Assembly (NCBI GenBank): GCA_049840735.1
Contig: JASGJN010000017.1
Coordinates: 160,001 to 224,000, forward strand
DNA length: 64,000 nt
Direction: 5' to 3'
Source: Anaeromyxobacter sp.
GTDB lineage: Bacteria; Myxococcota; Myxococcia; Myxococcales; Anaeromyxobacteraceae
Shown here: piece after piece, positions 53,016-63,887 of the stretch
Position numbering within the stretch: position 1 is the first letter of the stretch
Layout of the letters: each line of letters starts with the position of its first letter
Made by a program: the position numbers and the translations under genes
The notes under the pieces: model-generated
What the model saw: the letters and a program-made list of their open reading frames with translations, nothing else
What the model was told of the DNA's origin: nothing
Database searches by the model: none

Positions 53016-53504
53016 CTGCTCCTCTTCAATTCGCTCGGCCGCCGCGGCCCCGTGAACGGCAGGATATTCCGTGGCCCAGCCGGCCAAGCATCCCATATTT
53101 ACCGTGGAGCTCCAGGCGAGGCAGCGGATGCTCGCCGTCTTCCGGTGACCAGCAGGCGGCATCCCGCTTGCTGCTGAGGAGAGGGCCCTGGACCGGAGCG
53201 GGCCGTGCTGGGGAAGAGAGGGGCGACGTCCCGAGCGATCGTACCTTGCTCCCACGTCGCTTGGCTCGGTGCCGTCAGGAGCGCATGAGCAGATCAACCC
53301 ACCAACCTGGTTGGAACCTTCTTGGGCCCCTGATGGGCCTTCGAATCAGGCCGCAGTACGCTCTCCACTCAGCGCCAATCGAGGCGCGCCGAGCAACGCT
53401 GGCGGGGGGCTGCCAGCGGGTGGCTGCTCGTCGAAAAGGACCACTGTCGGTCCGCGCCGCCCCCACTACATTTGGCTGACCAACGGTTCCCCCGGAAGGC
53501 TCTG

Positions 53505-54809
53505 TTGAGCGAGACCACGATCAGCGCTGGCGGCGCGTCGGACGGCATCCGCGAGGTGCTCGCGCCGCTGATCGAGGCGCTGGCCTCGGCGGCCGGGCTG
53601 TCGCGCGCGGAGCTTTTCGACCGCCTGCACGAGATCCTTCCGGGCGTGCTCTCGCAGCTGGTCTCGCAGAACGAGCGGCTGCGCGAGGCGGCGGGGCGAC
53701 GCGAGGGGCTGCTCCTCACCGCCGCCGCCGAGCTGCACGGGGCCGCGCAGCTGCTGGAGGGGAGCGCCGACGAGCTCGCCCACGCCGAGGGCGCGCGCCG
53801 CCTGCGCCGGCTGGCGCTCGATTCGGAGCGCGCCATCCACCCCGGCGCGCCTGAGCCGCGGACCCCGGCGCGCCGCGTCCAGGGCGACCGGCCGCGCCTG
53901 CTGGTGGCGGACGACGAGGCCGACGCGCGGGACGTGCTGGCCCAGGTGCTCCACCCCGACTACGAGGTCGTGGCCGCCGCCGACGGGCAGGAGGCGGTGG
54001 ACCTGGCCCGCGCCGAGCGTCCGGACGTGATCCTGCTGGACCTGAACATGCCGCGGCTGGACGGCTTCCAGGCCCTGGAGCGCCTGCGCGCCGATCCGGC
54101 CACGCTCGACATCCCGGTGATCTTCGTCTCGGCCCGCAGCGACGACGCGGTCAAGGTCCGCAGCCTCGACCTGGGCGCGGTGGACTACCTGCAGAAGCCC
54201 TTCAGCGAGCGCGAGCTGCGCGCCCGCGTGGAGCGCACGCTGCGGCTGGTGCGCAGCCAGAGCGCGCTGCGCGAGCTGGCCCAGACCGACGCGCTCACCG
54301 GCCTGGCCAACTTCCGCGCCTTCCGCGCCCGCATCGACGAGGAGGTCAAGCGGGCCCGGCGCTACCGCACGCCCCTCACCTGCGTGATGGCCGACATGGA
54401 CAACCTGAAGCCCATCAACGACGGGCTGGGGCACGCCGCCGGCGACCGCGCCATCGCCGCGGTGGCGGCGGTCATCCGCGAGGAGCTGCGCGAGACCGAC
54501 TTCGGCGCCCGCTACGGCGGCGACGAGTTCGTGGTGCTGCTCCCGCACACCTCCGGCGAGGAGGGGCGCGTCTTCGCCGAGCGCGCCTGCGCCCGCCTCA
54601 AGGACACGGAGCTGGAGATCGCCGGCCGGCGCGTGCGGCTGGGCGCGTCCTTCGGCGTGGCCTGGCTGGCCCCGGAGGCGGGCGACGACGCGGCCGAGGC
54701 GCTGATGCACGCGGCCGACGCGGCGCTCTACGCCGCCAAGCGGGACGGGCGCGGCCGCGTGGCGGCGGCCCCGCGCCCGGCCGGCGCGCCGGACGGCGCG
54801 GACGCCTGA
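53505..54809 (+). CDS. response regulator-GGDEF diguanylate cyclase
   Basis: REC (VADDE, LLDLNMP, KPF) + D.LTGL.N, RxxD, YGGDEF; start uncertain (53472 or 53505). Confidence 0.88.
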   Translation: MSETTISAGGASDGIREVLAPLIEALASAAGLSRAELFDRLHEILPGVLSQLVSQNERLREAAGRREGLLLTAAAELHGAAQLLEGSADELAHAEGARRLRRLALDSERAIHPGAPEPRTPARRVQGDRPRLLVADDEADARDVLAQVLHPDYEVVAAADGQEAVDLARAERPDVILLDLNMPRLDGFQALERLRADPATLDIPVIFVSARSDDAVKVRSLDLGAVDYLQKPFSERELRARVERTLRLVRSQSALRELAQTDALTGLANFRAFRARIDEEVKRARRYRTPLTCVMADMDNLKPINDGLGHAAGDRAIAAVAAVIREELRETDFGARYGGDEFVVLLPHTSGEEGRVFAERACARLKDTELEIAGRRVRLGASFGVAWLAPEAGDDAAEALMHAADAALYAAKRDGRGRVAAAPRPAGAPDGADA

Positions 54810-54812
54810 GCC

Positions 54813-56225
54813 TCAGGCCTTGAGCGGCTCCGGCCCGGACGCGTCGGGCGGCTCGCCCTCGCCGGCCCGCGAGCGGGCCTCGGCCGCGTACCGGTTGAGC
54901 TTGTTGTAGAGCGTCTTCTCGCTGATGCCGAGGATCTCGGCGGTCCGGGCCTTGTTGCCGCCGTTCCGCTGCAGCGAGGCCAGGATGTACTCCTTCTCCA
55001 CCTTGTCGATGGGGATGCCCAGCGGGACGCGCAGGGTGGCGGCCTCGGGCCGCGTGGCCTGCATGTCGGGGGGCAGCTGCTCCTCGCCGATCACCTCGCC
55101 GTCCACCAGGATCATGGCGCGCTCGACGGTGTTGCGGAGCTCGCGGATGTTCCCCGGCCAGGCGTAGCCCTGCAGCACCGCCATGGCGCTGGGCGAGACG
55201 CCCTGCACGTGCTTGCCGGTCTCGCCGTTGAACTTCTCGATGAAGTGGTGGACCAAGAGCGGGATGTCCTCCCGCCGCTCCTTGAGCTGCGGCAGCTGGA
55301 TGGTGAAGACGTGGAGGCGGAAGTAGAGGTCCTCGCGGAAGCGGCCGCGCCGGATCTCCTCCTTGAGGTCGCGGTTGGTGGCGCAGATGACGCGCACGTC
55401 GACCTCGACCTCCGACCGCCCGCCCAGCCGGCGGATCTTCCGCTCCTCCAGCACGCGCAGGAACTTGGCCTGCAGCTCCAGCGGCAGCTCGCCGATTTCG
55501 TCCAGGAAGAGCGTGCCGGTGTGGGCCAGCTCGAAGTTGCCCATCCGGCGCTGGTCGGCGCCGGTGAAGGCGCCGCGCTCGTAGCCGAACAGCTCGGACT
55601 CGATGAGCGTGCCCGGGATGGCGGAGCAGTTGAGCGCGATGAACGCCTTGTCCTTGCGCGGCGAGAGGTTGTGGATGGCGCGCGCCACCACCTCCTTGCC
55701 CGTCCCGCTCTCGCCGCTGATCACCACGCTGGCCGTGGACGGCGAGACCTTCTTCACCAGCTCGAAGACCTTCTGCATGGCCGGCCCGGAGCCGATCATG
55801 TCGGTCCCGGGGGCCAGCGCGGCCAGCCGGCGCCGCAGCAGCTGGACCTCGCGCATGGTCTCCTTCTTCTCCAGCGCGCGCTCCAGCACGATGCGCAGCC
55901 GCGGCACCTCCAGCGGCTTCTCGATGAAGTCGAAGGCCCCCTCGCGGATGGCCTGCACGGCGGTCTGGATGGTGCCCCGGCCGGTCAGCAGCACCACCGG
56001 GCAGTCCGGCAGCTCGGCCCGCAGCGCCCGGAGCAGCCACAGCCCGTCCATGTTGGGCATCACCAGGTCGGTGAGGATCACGTCCGGGTGGCCCTCGATG
56101 GCCCGCCGCAGCGCCTCGGCCCCGTCGCTGGCGGTCTGGACGTCGTAGCCCCAGCGCGCCGTGAGCTCGGCGAGCGCCTCGCGGCTGTCGGCTTCGTCGT
56201 CGACGATCAACACCCGGTATTTCAT
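54813..56225 (-). CDS. sigma54-dependent response regulator (NtrC-like enhancer-binding protein)
   Basis: REC, GESGTGKE, GAFTGA, WPGNIREL, Fis HTH. Confidence 0.95.
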   Translation of the reverse strand: MKYRVLIVDDEADSREALAELTARWGYDVQTASDGAEALRRAIEGHPDVILTDLVMPNMDGLWLLRALRAELPDCPVVLLTGRGTIQTAVQAIREGAFDFIEKPLEVPRLRIVLERALEKKETMREVQLLRRRLAALAPGTDMIGSGPAMQKVFELVKKVSPSTASVVISGESGTGKEVVARAIHNLSPRKDKAFIALNCSAIPGTLIESELFGYERGAFTGADQRRMGNFELAHTGTLFLDEIGELPLELQAKFLRVLEERKIRRLGGRSEVEVDVRVICATNRDLKEEIRRGRFREDLYFRLHVFTIQLPQLKERREDIPLLVHHFIEKFNGETGKHVQGVSPSAMAVLQGYAWPGNIRELRNTVERAMILVDGEVIGEEQLPPDMQATRPEAATLRVPLGIPIDKVEKEYILASLQRNGGNKARTAEILGISEKTLYNKLNRYAAEARSRAGEGEPPDASGPEPLKA

Positions 56226-57143
56226 GCGCGCTCGTTCCTGGGCAGCCGCAGCGTGAGGCGGACCCTGCCGGCCGCCCGCTCCACCCCGAGCCGAGCCCCC
56301 CATGGCCTCCGCCGTGCCTGCGGCCACGGCCAGGTCATATCCGGGTCCCGCCCTCGGGGTCACCCACGCCGTGCTCGATTGACAGCTCGGCGTGCTCCCC
56401 CTCCGCCGCGGCGCGCACGGCCAGGCGGCCGCCGTCCGGCTGCTGCGCCATCGCGCCGGTCAGCAGCGAGAGCACCAGGCGGGCCAACGCGCCCCGGCTC
56501 GCAGCGCGTGCGCACCGCGCCGCGCGGCGCCTCCACCGTGAGCTCGATTTGCCGGCGGCGGGCGTCATGGCCGCAGAGCCCGGCCGCGTCGGCCGCCAGT
56601 CCACCCAGATTGGTGTAGCCGAGCGGGGCGGCGGGATCGGTGACGTCCAGGAAGCGGCGCACCACCTCGTTGACGCGGCCGATTCTGCCGCGGATCGCGC
56701 CCAGGTGGCTGCCGGACTGCGCGGCCGCCTCGCCGGCGCCGGAGAGCTTCTCGGTCAGCAGCGCCAGCTGCAGCGCCATGGCGTTGAGCGGGTTCTTGAT
56801 GTCGTGGGCCACGCCGGCCACCAGCCGCGGCAGCCCCTGCGACCGGCCCACGTGCTCCAGCCACTCGGCGGAGCGCGGCGGGCGCGCCAGCACCAGCGCC
56901 CCGCCCTCCCCCGCGACGCGCGCCAGCTCGACCGGCCCGGCCGCGCCCGGGACCAGCAGCACCTCGGGCCCCTCCCCGGCGAGGAACGCGCGCAGCGGCG
57001 GGCTCCACCTCGGCACGGGCCCGCAGCGCGGCGGTGGCGCCGGCCGGGGGCAGCCCGAGCTGCGAGATGAACCCGGGATTGGCGGAGAGGATCGCGCCGG
57101 TCCGATCCAGGAAGGCCGCGCCGGTGGCGAGGTGGATGGTCAT
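56222..57143 (-). CDS. cytoplasmic histidine kinase with degenerate ATP-binding domain (several apparent frameshifts)
   Basis: H-box VAHDIKNPLNAM; ends LTLRLPRNERA with stop overlapping the regulator start (ATGA). Confidence 0.7.
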
Positions 57144-57305
57144 TTTCGCTTGCCTGCCTGGGGGAGAGCCCAGGGGGTGAGATGCGTCCTCCCTCCCTTT
57201 TTTTCAAGCGTCCGGCGAAGATGGACGGCAGTGGGAGGAAGCGTGAACCTGTCGAGCCAGCTCCGCCGCGCCAGCCTGTGCCTAACCCTCGGGATTCCTC
57301 GCAGG

Positions 57306-58672
57306 ATGCGCCACCCCGCGTCCACCGGCCAGCGCGTCCCCGCCGCAGCCCGCAGCGGCCGCGCCCGAGCCCACCCTCCCGACGCAGGGCGGCCAGGTCG
57401 AGCCGGGGCCGGCGGCCGAGCAACCCGTTCGGACCCTCGCGACCGTCACCATCGGGGCGGTGGGCGACGTGCTGATGCATGGCGCGGTCAAGGAGAGCGC
57501 CGCGGTCCACGGCGCCGGCGCGCCCGACGCTGGCTACAGCTGGCTGTTCGCCCCCATCGCCGACCTGCTCTCGCAGCCGACCTGACCTTCGCCAACCTCG
57601 AGACGCCCATCGCCCCGAAGACCTCGCAGGGCGCGCGCGCCTTCGTCTTCAACGCGCCACCGGTGGTCATCTGGCGCTGCAGCGCGCCGGCGTGGACCTG
57701 GTCTCGGTGGCCAACAACCACGCCTTCGACCAGGGGCGGCCCGGCTTCGAGGAGACGCTGCACGAGCTGGCCATCGCCGGCCTGCTGCCATCCTCGGCGG
57801 CGGCCCGGCGCCGTCGGCCATGGGGCCGGTCTTCATCGAGCGCAACGGCCTCGAGCTGGCCTTCCTCGGCTACACCGATGGCCTCAACCAGACCGGCAAT
57901 GACTGCCCGCCGCCGAAGGCCGGGGCCGCGCAGTGCCTGCAGGCCGCGGAGCTGGATTGCCAGGCGGTGGAGGGGCAGGTGCGGGCCGCGGCGGCGCAGG
58001 CCGACGCGGCGATCGTCTCGCTGCACTGGGGCATCGAGTACGAGCAGCAGCCGCGCGAGCCGGACGTGGCGCTGGCGCGGCGGCTGGCCGAGGCCGGGGC
58101 GCTGGTGGTGCTGGGCCACCACCCGCACGTGCTGCAGCCGGTGGAGCTGTACCGGCGCGCCGACGGGCGGACCGCGGTCATCGCCTACTCGCTGGGAACT
58201 TCGTCTCCAACCAGTCGCGCAACTACGTGCTGGGCGTGACGCCCGCGCCGGTGGCGGCCACCCGCGACGGCGCGCTGCTGCGCGTGACGCTGGCGCGCCG
58301 CGACTACGGCCGCGGGGTGGTGCAGGTGGAGGTGGGGGGCGCCGACCTGGCGCCGCTCTGGACCGAGAACCGACACGCCGGAGATCGACGCGCGCAAGGA
58401 GCCGAAGCGCCGGCCGGCCATCCGCGTGGTCTCGGTGGACCGGGCCTGGCTGTGGTGCGGGCCGAGCTGGCCGCCTTCCCAGACCCGGTGCCGCCAGCCG
58501 ACCAGCCGCGCTGGGTGAGGCTGCGCCAGCGCGAGGCGCTCGTACGTCGCGCCGCGGCGCGGTGGGCGCGCTCATGGCCGAGGACCTGCTGCGCCCGTTC
58601 ACGCCGGCCGAGCTGGCGGGGCCAGGCGCCGCGTCAGACGTCGCCGGGACAGCCGTCCCCCGTTCGCCCTGA
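57306..58672 (+). CDS. CapA/PGA_cap family metallophosphoesterase (multiple apparent frameshifts)
   Basis: AVGDVLMH, ANLETP, VANNH.FD, SLHWG.EY, GHHPHVLQP, YSLGNF. Confidence 0.8.
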
Positions 58673-58732
58673 GCCCTTCGACTTCGCGCCCGCGTCGCGG
58701 GCGCTACGCTCAGGGCGGGCGAAGTCGAAGGG
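58661..58732. repeat. nested REP-like element, family 1
   Basis: GTTCGCCCTGAGC + CCTTCGACTTCGC-hairpin-TACGCTCAGGGCG + GAAGTCGAAGGG. Confidence 0.75.
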
Positions 58733-58749
58733 CAGCTCCGCGCCTGTCG

Positions 58750-59245
<496 letters not shown>

Positions 59246-59323
59246 GGCGCCTCCTCCGGTGGCCGGGCATCCTACCCCAAGGGACCGACGCTCCAGCGCG
59301 CCGGCGAGGTAAACCTCTCCAGG

Positions 59324-59929
59324 ATGCGCCCTGCCCTGCCCGCCCTGCTGCTGCTCGCCCTGGGCATGGCCTGCGCCGGCCCCGCCAACAGCACGCGCAG
59401 CCCGGCCTCACCCCCGGCCGGCACCGCGCCTGCGCCGGCCCCGGAGGCCAGGGACAAGCCGCTCCAGCAGCCCACCGACGCCTCGCCCTACACCGTGCTG
59501 GAGCCGGTCAACGGGACCATCACCTCGGTGGACCTGGAGCAGCACGAGCTGGTGCTGGAGGCGGAGGGCGGGCCGGTGACGCTGGGGCTGGACCGCAACA
59601 CGCTGGTCTACCTGCCGACCGGCCTGTCCACGGTCAGGGCGCTCCGCACGGGCGCCCAGGTCCGGGCGGCACGCAACGGCGACTCGGTGGCCTACTGGGT
59701 GATGATCGGCACCCTGCCGCCCAGCGAGGGCGGGCAGCCGCAGCCCACGCCCGGTCAGGGCACCGGCCCCGGCGGCGGCGCCGCTCCGCCGGCCGAGGGG
59801 ACCACCAGCCCGGACGCAGGCACCGCCGGCCCGGGCGGCACGCCCGGCGGCGCTGGCTCCGCCCCCAGCGGCGGCCCGGGGCCGGGGACCTCGACGCCGG
59901 GCGGCGGGACGGGCGGGACGATGCCCTGA
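59324..59929 (+). CDS. lipoprotein with small beta domain and Pro/Gly-rich tails
   Basis: Lipobox LGMAC; GTITSVD...L.LD..T.V...L..G..VRA. Confidence 0.6.
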   Translation: MRPALPALLLLALGMACAGPANSTRSPASPPAGTAPAPAPEARDKPLQQPTDASPYTVLEPVNGTITSVDLEQHELVLEAEGGPVTLGLDRNTLVYLPTGLSTVRALRTGAQVRAARNGDSVAYWVMIGTLPPSEGGQPQPTPGQGTGPGGGAAPPAEGTTSPDAGTAGPGGTPGGAGSAPSGGPGPGTSTPGGGTGGTMP

Positions 59930-59940
59930 GGGCCAGGCCC

Positions 59941-60699
59941 ATGACCACCCCCGCCCCCCACACCGTCCTGCTCGCCGGCGGCACCGGCCGCACCGGTCGC
60001 CGCGTCCTGCAGCAGCTGCTCGACCGCGGCGTCTCCGTCCGCGCCGTCGTGCGATCACCCGGCAAGCTCCCGCCGGAGGTGGCCGGTCACCCGCGCCTGA
60101 CGGTGATCGAGGCCAGCCTGCTCTCGCTGGGCGACGAGGCGCTCCGGCAGCACCTCCGCGGCTGCGACGCGGTCATCTCCTGCCTGGGGCACGTGCTCGA
60201 TCTGAAGGGCGTCTTCGGCTCCCCGCGCGACCTGGTGACCCAGGCCACCCGGCGCCTGTGCCGGGCCATCGAGGCGCTCCGCCCCGCGGCGCCGGTGAAG
60301 GTCATCCTCATGAGCAGCGTCTCGGTCCACCGCTCGAATGGCCTGGACGCCCGGCGCGGCTCGTTCGAGCGGGCTTTCCTCCGGCTGCTCTGCGCCGTGC
60401 TTCCGCCGGCCCGCGACAACCAGCGCGCCGCCGAGGTCCTGCTCCGCGACGTCGGCCAGGGCCACCCCAGCGTGGAGTGGGCCATCGTGCGGCCGGACAC
60501 GCTGCTGGAGGGAGAGGGCACGCCCTACGCGTTGCACGCGGAGCTGGTGGACGGGCTCTTCGCTCCCGGCCGGACCCGCATGGCCAACGTCGCGACCTTC
60601 ATGTGCCAGCTGGTGACGGACCCCGCCACCTGGGCGCGGTGGCAGGGCCAGCTGCCCGTGATCACCGACGCGCAGGCCTCGGAGGCGAGCGCCGCCTGA
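59941..60699 (+). CDS. NAD(P)-binding atypical SDR (flavin reductase-like)
   Basis: GGTGRTG, DAVISCLG, W.IVRP. Confidence 0.85.
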   Translation: MTTPAPHTVLLAGGTGRTGRRVLQQLLDRGVSVRAVVRSPGKLPPEVAGHPRLTVIEASLLSLGDEALRQHLRGCDAVISCLGHVLDLKGVFGSPRDLVTQATRRLCRAIEALRPAAPVKVILMSSVSVHRSNGLDARRGSFERAFLRLLCAVLPPARDNQRAAEVLLRDVGQGHPSVEWAIVRPDTLLEGEGTPYALHAELVDGLFAPGRTRMANVATFMCQLVTDPATWARWQGQLPVITDAQASEASAA

Positions 60700-60705
60700 G
60701 GGGCG

Positions 60706-61557
60706 CTACAGCGCAGCCGGTCTCGCCGACGGCGTCCCCGCGGCCGCCGACGGCGCCGCCTCCGCAGGCGGGGCCAGGCGCGCGAGCCCCTTCGCCTGCA
60801 GGAAGCGCCGGATCTTCGCGGCCGGGGCGACGAAGGTCTCGCCGGGCATGGGCACGTCGAAGGCGTACTGGTCGGCGTCCTTGCCGAAGGCCACGCGGGC
60901 GGTGCGGTAGCCCTCCACCAGGCCGATGAGCCGGCCGCCGGGGACGTCGAAGACGCCGCCGCCGGAGCTGCCGTAGCCGATGGCGGCGTCGGTCTTGAGC
61001 GAGGTGGCGGCGCGCGGGAGGGCGGCGTTCTCCGAGAGCGCGTACTCCACCTGCGAGACGATCCCGGCCGCCACGGAGAGCCCCTTGCCGAAGGGCGCGC
61101 CGATCACCACCAGGTCGTCCCCCAGCTCCAGCGCGTCGTCCGGCGCCAGCGGCGTCACCGGCAGCTCGGCCTGGACCTCCAGCACCGCCAGGTCGGCGTC
61201 CGGGACCTTCCCGCGGGCCACCACGCTGGCGGTCAGGGCGGCGCCGCCGCCGGAGGGCAGCACCCGGATCTCCACCTTGGCGGGCCAGCCCTTGCCGCGC
61301 TCGACCACGTGGGCGTTGGTGAGCAGGTAGGTGTGGCCCCCGTCGGCCGCGAAGGCGATGCCGGAGGCGGAGCGCAGCACCTCGCCGCCCACCGGCGCCA
61401 GCTGGATGCGGACGGCGCTGGGGAAGACCTTGTGCACGGTCTCGGCGCGGGCGTTGCCGGCGCGGGCCGGGAAGGCGCCGAGCGTGGAGGCGAGGAGGAT
61501 CAGGAGGCCGGCGCCGAGGGCGGCGCCGCCGAGGCGCTGGAGGCGTGAGGTGGGCAC
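60706..61557 (-). CDS. secreted trypsin-like serine protease (S1)
   Basis: Signal peptide; TNAHV, DLAVL, GSSGGG catalytic motifs. Confidence 0.85.
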   Translation of the reverse strand: MPTSRLQRLGGAALGAGLLILLASTLGAFPARAGNARAETVHKVFPSAVRIQLAPVGGEVLRSASGIAFAADGGHTYLLTNAHVVERGKGWPAKVEIRVLPSGGGAALTASVVARGKVPDADLAVLEVQAELPVTPLAPDDALELGDDLVVIGAPFGKGLSVAAGIVSQVEYALSENAALPRAATSLKTDAAIGYGSSGGGVFDVPGGRLIGLVEGYRTARVAFGKDADQYAFDVPMPGETFVAPAAKIRRFLQAKGLARLAPPAEAAPSAAAGTPSARPAAL

Positions 61558-61622
61558 GTGTGACGAACGGCCGCCGGAGCGCGGGCATTCCGCCACGGCT
61601 CCCGGCGGGCGGGCAGCCGCCC

Positions 61623-63887
61623 CTACGCCTGCCCCTCGTACCGCCGACGCATCAGGAACAGGATGGCGTCGCGGGCGCAGTGCTCGCAGTAGCCGTGGCG
61701 CGCGCGGAGCGCCTCCAGCGTCTCCTCCACCTGCCGCCGCGCCTTGTCGTCCAGCTGGCCGCGGTCGCCGGAGAGATACCGGAGCACGTTCTCCTTCCAG
61801 CGATGGAGCTGCCGCTTGCGCTCCTCGTGGGTGTGGTCGCGCAGCCGGCGGAACAGGTCGGGGAAGATGCCGGGGTAGTCCAGCTCGGCGGCGTCCGGGT
61901 GGTCGAGCCGGAAGGCGCCCACCGCCGAGATGAGCCCGCGCCGGAAGGTGCCGCGATCGTCGCCGGTCGGCATGACCAGCTTCTCGAAGTCCACCATCCG
62001 CCCCTCCTCCGGCGGCGTGAGCTCGCCGGTCACGCGGTTGCGGACCTTCTCCCCCTTGACCCAGTGCGACACCAGCGTGACGTAGCGCTCGAAGATCTCG
62101 CGGTACTGCGCCTCGGAGACCAGCCCCATGGCGTCCCGCAGCTCCTCGTCGATCCGGTCCAGGTACTCCGCCTCCGCCACGCGGACGAAGGCGGCGTGGT
62201 CGTGGTAGCCGTCCACCACCTCCTGCTGCAGGAAGTCGTGGACGCTCTTGTCGCGGCAGAGCTGCTCCAGCTCCTCCAGCACCGCCCGGGGCGTCAGGCA
62301 GGGGGCCCCGCGGGCCTGCGCCGCGTTGAGCAGCACGGTCTTGATCTCGCGCGCCGAGGCGCCGGCCCGCCCCTCGTAGTTGGGGTAGACCTCCGACTCG
62401 CGGAACAGGTCCGGGGCGTGCTTGCGCAGCACCTTGCCCTGCGCGAGCGAGAGCCGGTCCGGGGCCGCGCCGCGATCGTAAAGGCGCAGCTTCTCCAGCG
62501 GCGCCAGCTCCTCCACCAGCTCGCGCAGCTCCCCCTCGTACCGCTCCGGCAGCGGCCGCTTCAGCCGGGTCAGCACCGCCCAGAGCGCGGCCACCCACGT
62601 CGCGTGGGGCGCCACGTGCCTGCCCACCGCGGCGGTGGTGATCTGCTGGTCGTAGATCTCCTGCTCCACCGAGTGACGGCGCAGGTACGGGACGCGGATC
62701 AGCTCCAGCCGCCCCTTGAACGAGCCGAACTCGGGCGAGTCCTTGAAGGCCGCGAGCTGCTTCTCGTTGGCCGAGGCCAGCAGCACCTCGTCCAGGTGGA
62801 GCAGGAAGTGGTCGAGCGAGACGCGGGCCGACTCGCTGGTGCCGAGCAGGTACCGGAACGCCTCCAGCGGCCGCTTCAGCAGGTCGGAGTACTCGACCAG
62901 CCCGCGGTTGCCGGCCACCAGCGGGCCGTGCGGCTCGAGCAGCGTGAGCGCGTGCAGGGCCGGGGGCAGCGCGGCGGTGGTCCGGTCGGCGGTCACCTGG
63001 CGGACCCCGGCGTCCACCGAGAGCTGCGGCTCCACCGTCACCGCCGCCTGCTGGTAGCGGGCCGAGACGTAGAACCGCTCCACCTGGACGTGGCGCAGCA
63101 CCTTGAGCCAGTCGCCCCGGTAGCTCCCCAGCAGCGCGTCGTGGATCTGCCGGCAGGAGTGGCAGAGATCGCCCTCGACCAGCGCGTCGGAGAGGACGAA
63201 GTCGTCCTCCTTCGCCCCGTCCCGCGCGCTGGGGCGGCAGCTCTCCTCCAGCAGCCGGCGCCGCTCCGCCGGCGGCAGGAGCAGCAGGGGGTGGTCGCGC
63301 ATCGGGCAGGAGAGCCGGGCGTCCAGCGCCTCGCCGTCCAGGTGGGCGAAGGACGGCAGCTCCTGGCCTCCCTCCCCCTCGCCCCGGCCGAACCCCAGGC
63401 CGGCCCCCTTGAGCTTCCGCTCGCTGGGGAAGACCCAGTGGAACCGGTAGAGCGCCCCCTGCGGGAGGCGCGAGTAGGCCTCGGTGGCCCGGATCAGCGC
63501 CGCGACGATGGACGACTTGGCCGAGCCGTTGGGGCCGTGGAGGAGGATCAGCTTGTTGACGCGCCCGCTCCGGACGAAGGACCCCAGGGCGCGGTAGATG
63601 GCCCCCTGGACCTCCTCCTGGCCGGCCACGCGGCTGGCCCGGGCCTCCGGATCGAACCCCAGGTCGAAGAGCTTCCAGCGGCGCACCGGCCCCACCGGCG
63701 TCTCGCGGTCCTCGGCGCCGTAGTGGTCCATCACGTCCCGGAGGTACTGCGCCGCCGAGCGCGCCTGCTGCCTGGGGGCCTCCAGGAAGGCCTGCAGGTA
63801 CTCCTCGAAGGACAGGAGGGAGCGGTTCTCGACGAACGCCCCCTTGACCCGCGACCCCAGCCCGCCCAGCAGCCGCCGCGCTTCCAT
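61623..63887 (-). CDS. prkA: PrkA/YeaG-family AAA serine protein kinase
   Basis: LILLHGPNGSAKSS, GNRGLVEYSDLLKRP, YEGR.GASARE. Confidence 0.8.
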   Translation of the reverse strand: MEARRLLGGLGSRVKGAFVENRSLLSFEEYLQAFLEAPRQQARSAAQYLRDVMDHYGAEDRETPVGPVRRWKLFDLGFDPEARASRVAGQEEVQGAIYRALGSFVRSGRVNKLILLHGPNGSAKSSIVAALIRATEAYSRLPQGALYRFHWVFPSERKLKGAGLGFGRGEGEGGQELPSFAHLDGEALDARLSCPMRDHPLLLLPPAERRRLLEESCRPSARDGAKEDDFVLSDALVEGDLCHSCRQIHDALLGSYRGDWLKVLRHVQVERFYVSARYQQAAVTVEPQLSVDAGVRQVTADRTTAALPPALHALTLLEPHGPLVAGNRGLVEYSDLLKRPLEAFRYLLGTSESARVSLDHFLLHLDEVLLASANEKQLAAFKDSPEFGSFKGRLELIRVPYLRRHSVEQEIYDQQITTAAVGRHVAPHATWVAALWAVLTRLKRPLPERYEGELRELVEELAPLEKLRLYDRGAAPDRLSLAQGKVLRKHAPDLFRESEVYPNYEGRAGASAREIKTVLLNAAQARGAPCLTPRAVLEELEQLCRDKSVHDFLQQEVVDGYHDHAAFVRVAEAEYLDRIDEELRDAMGLVSEAQYREIFERYVTLVSHWVKGEKVRNRVTGELTPPEEGRMVDFEKLVMPTGDDRGTFRRGLISAVGAFRLDHPDAAELDYPGIFPDLFRRLRDHTHEERKRQLHRWKENVLRYLSGDRGQLDDKARRQVEETLEALRARHGYCEHCARDAILFLMRRRYEGQA

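Noticed and set aside
53174..53220. Hammerhead ribozyme (CTGAGGA core)
   Set aside because: No stem II followed by GAAA in the required arrangement.
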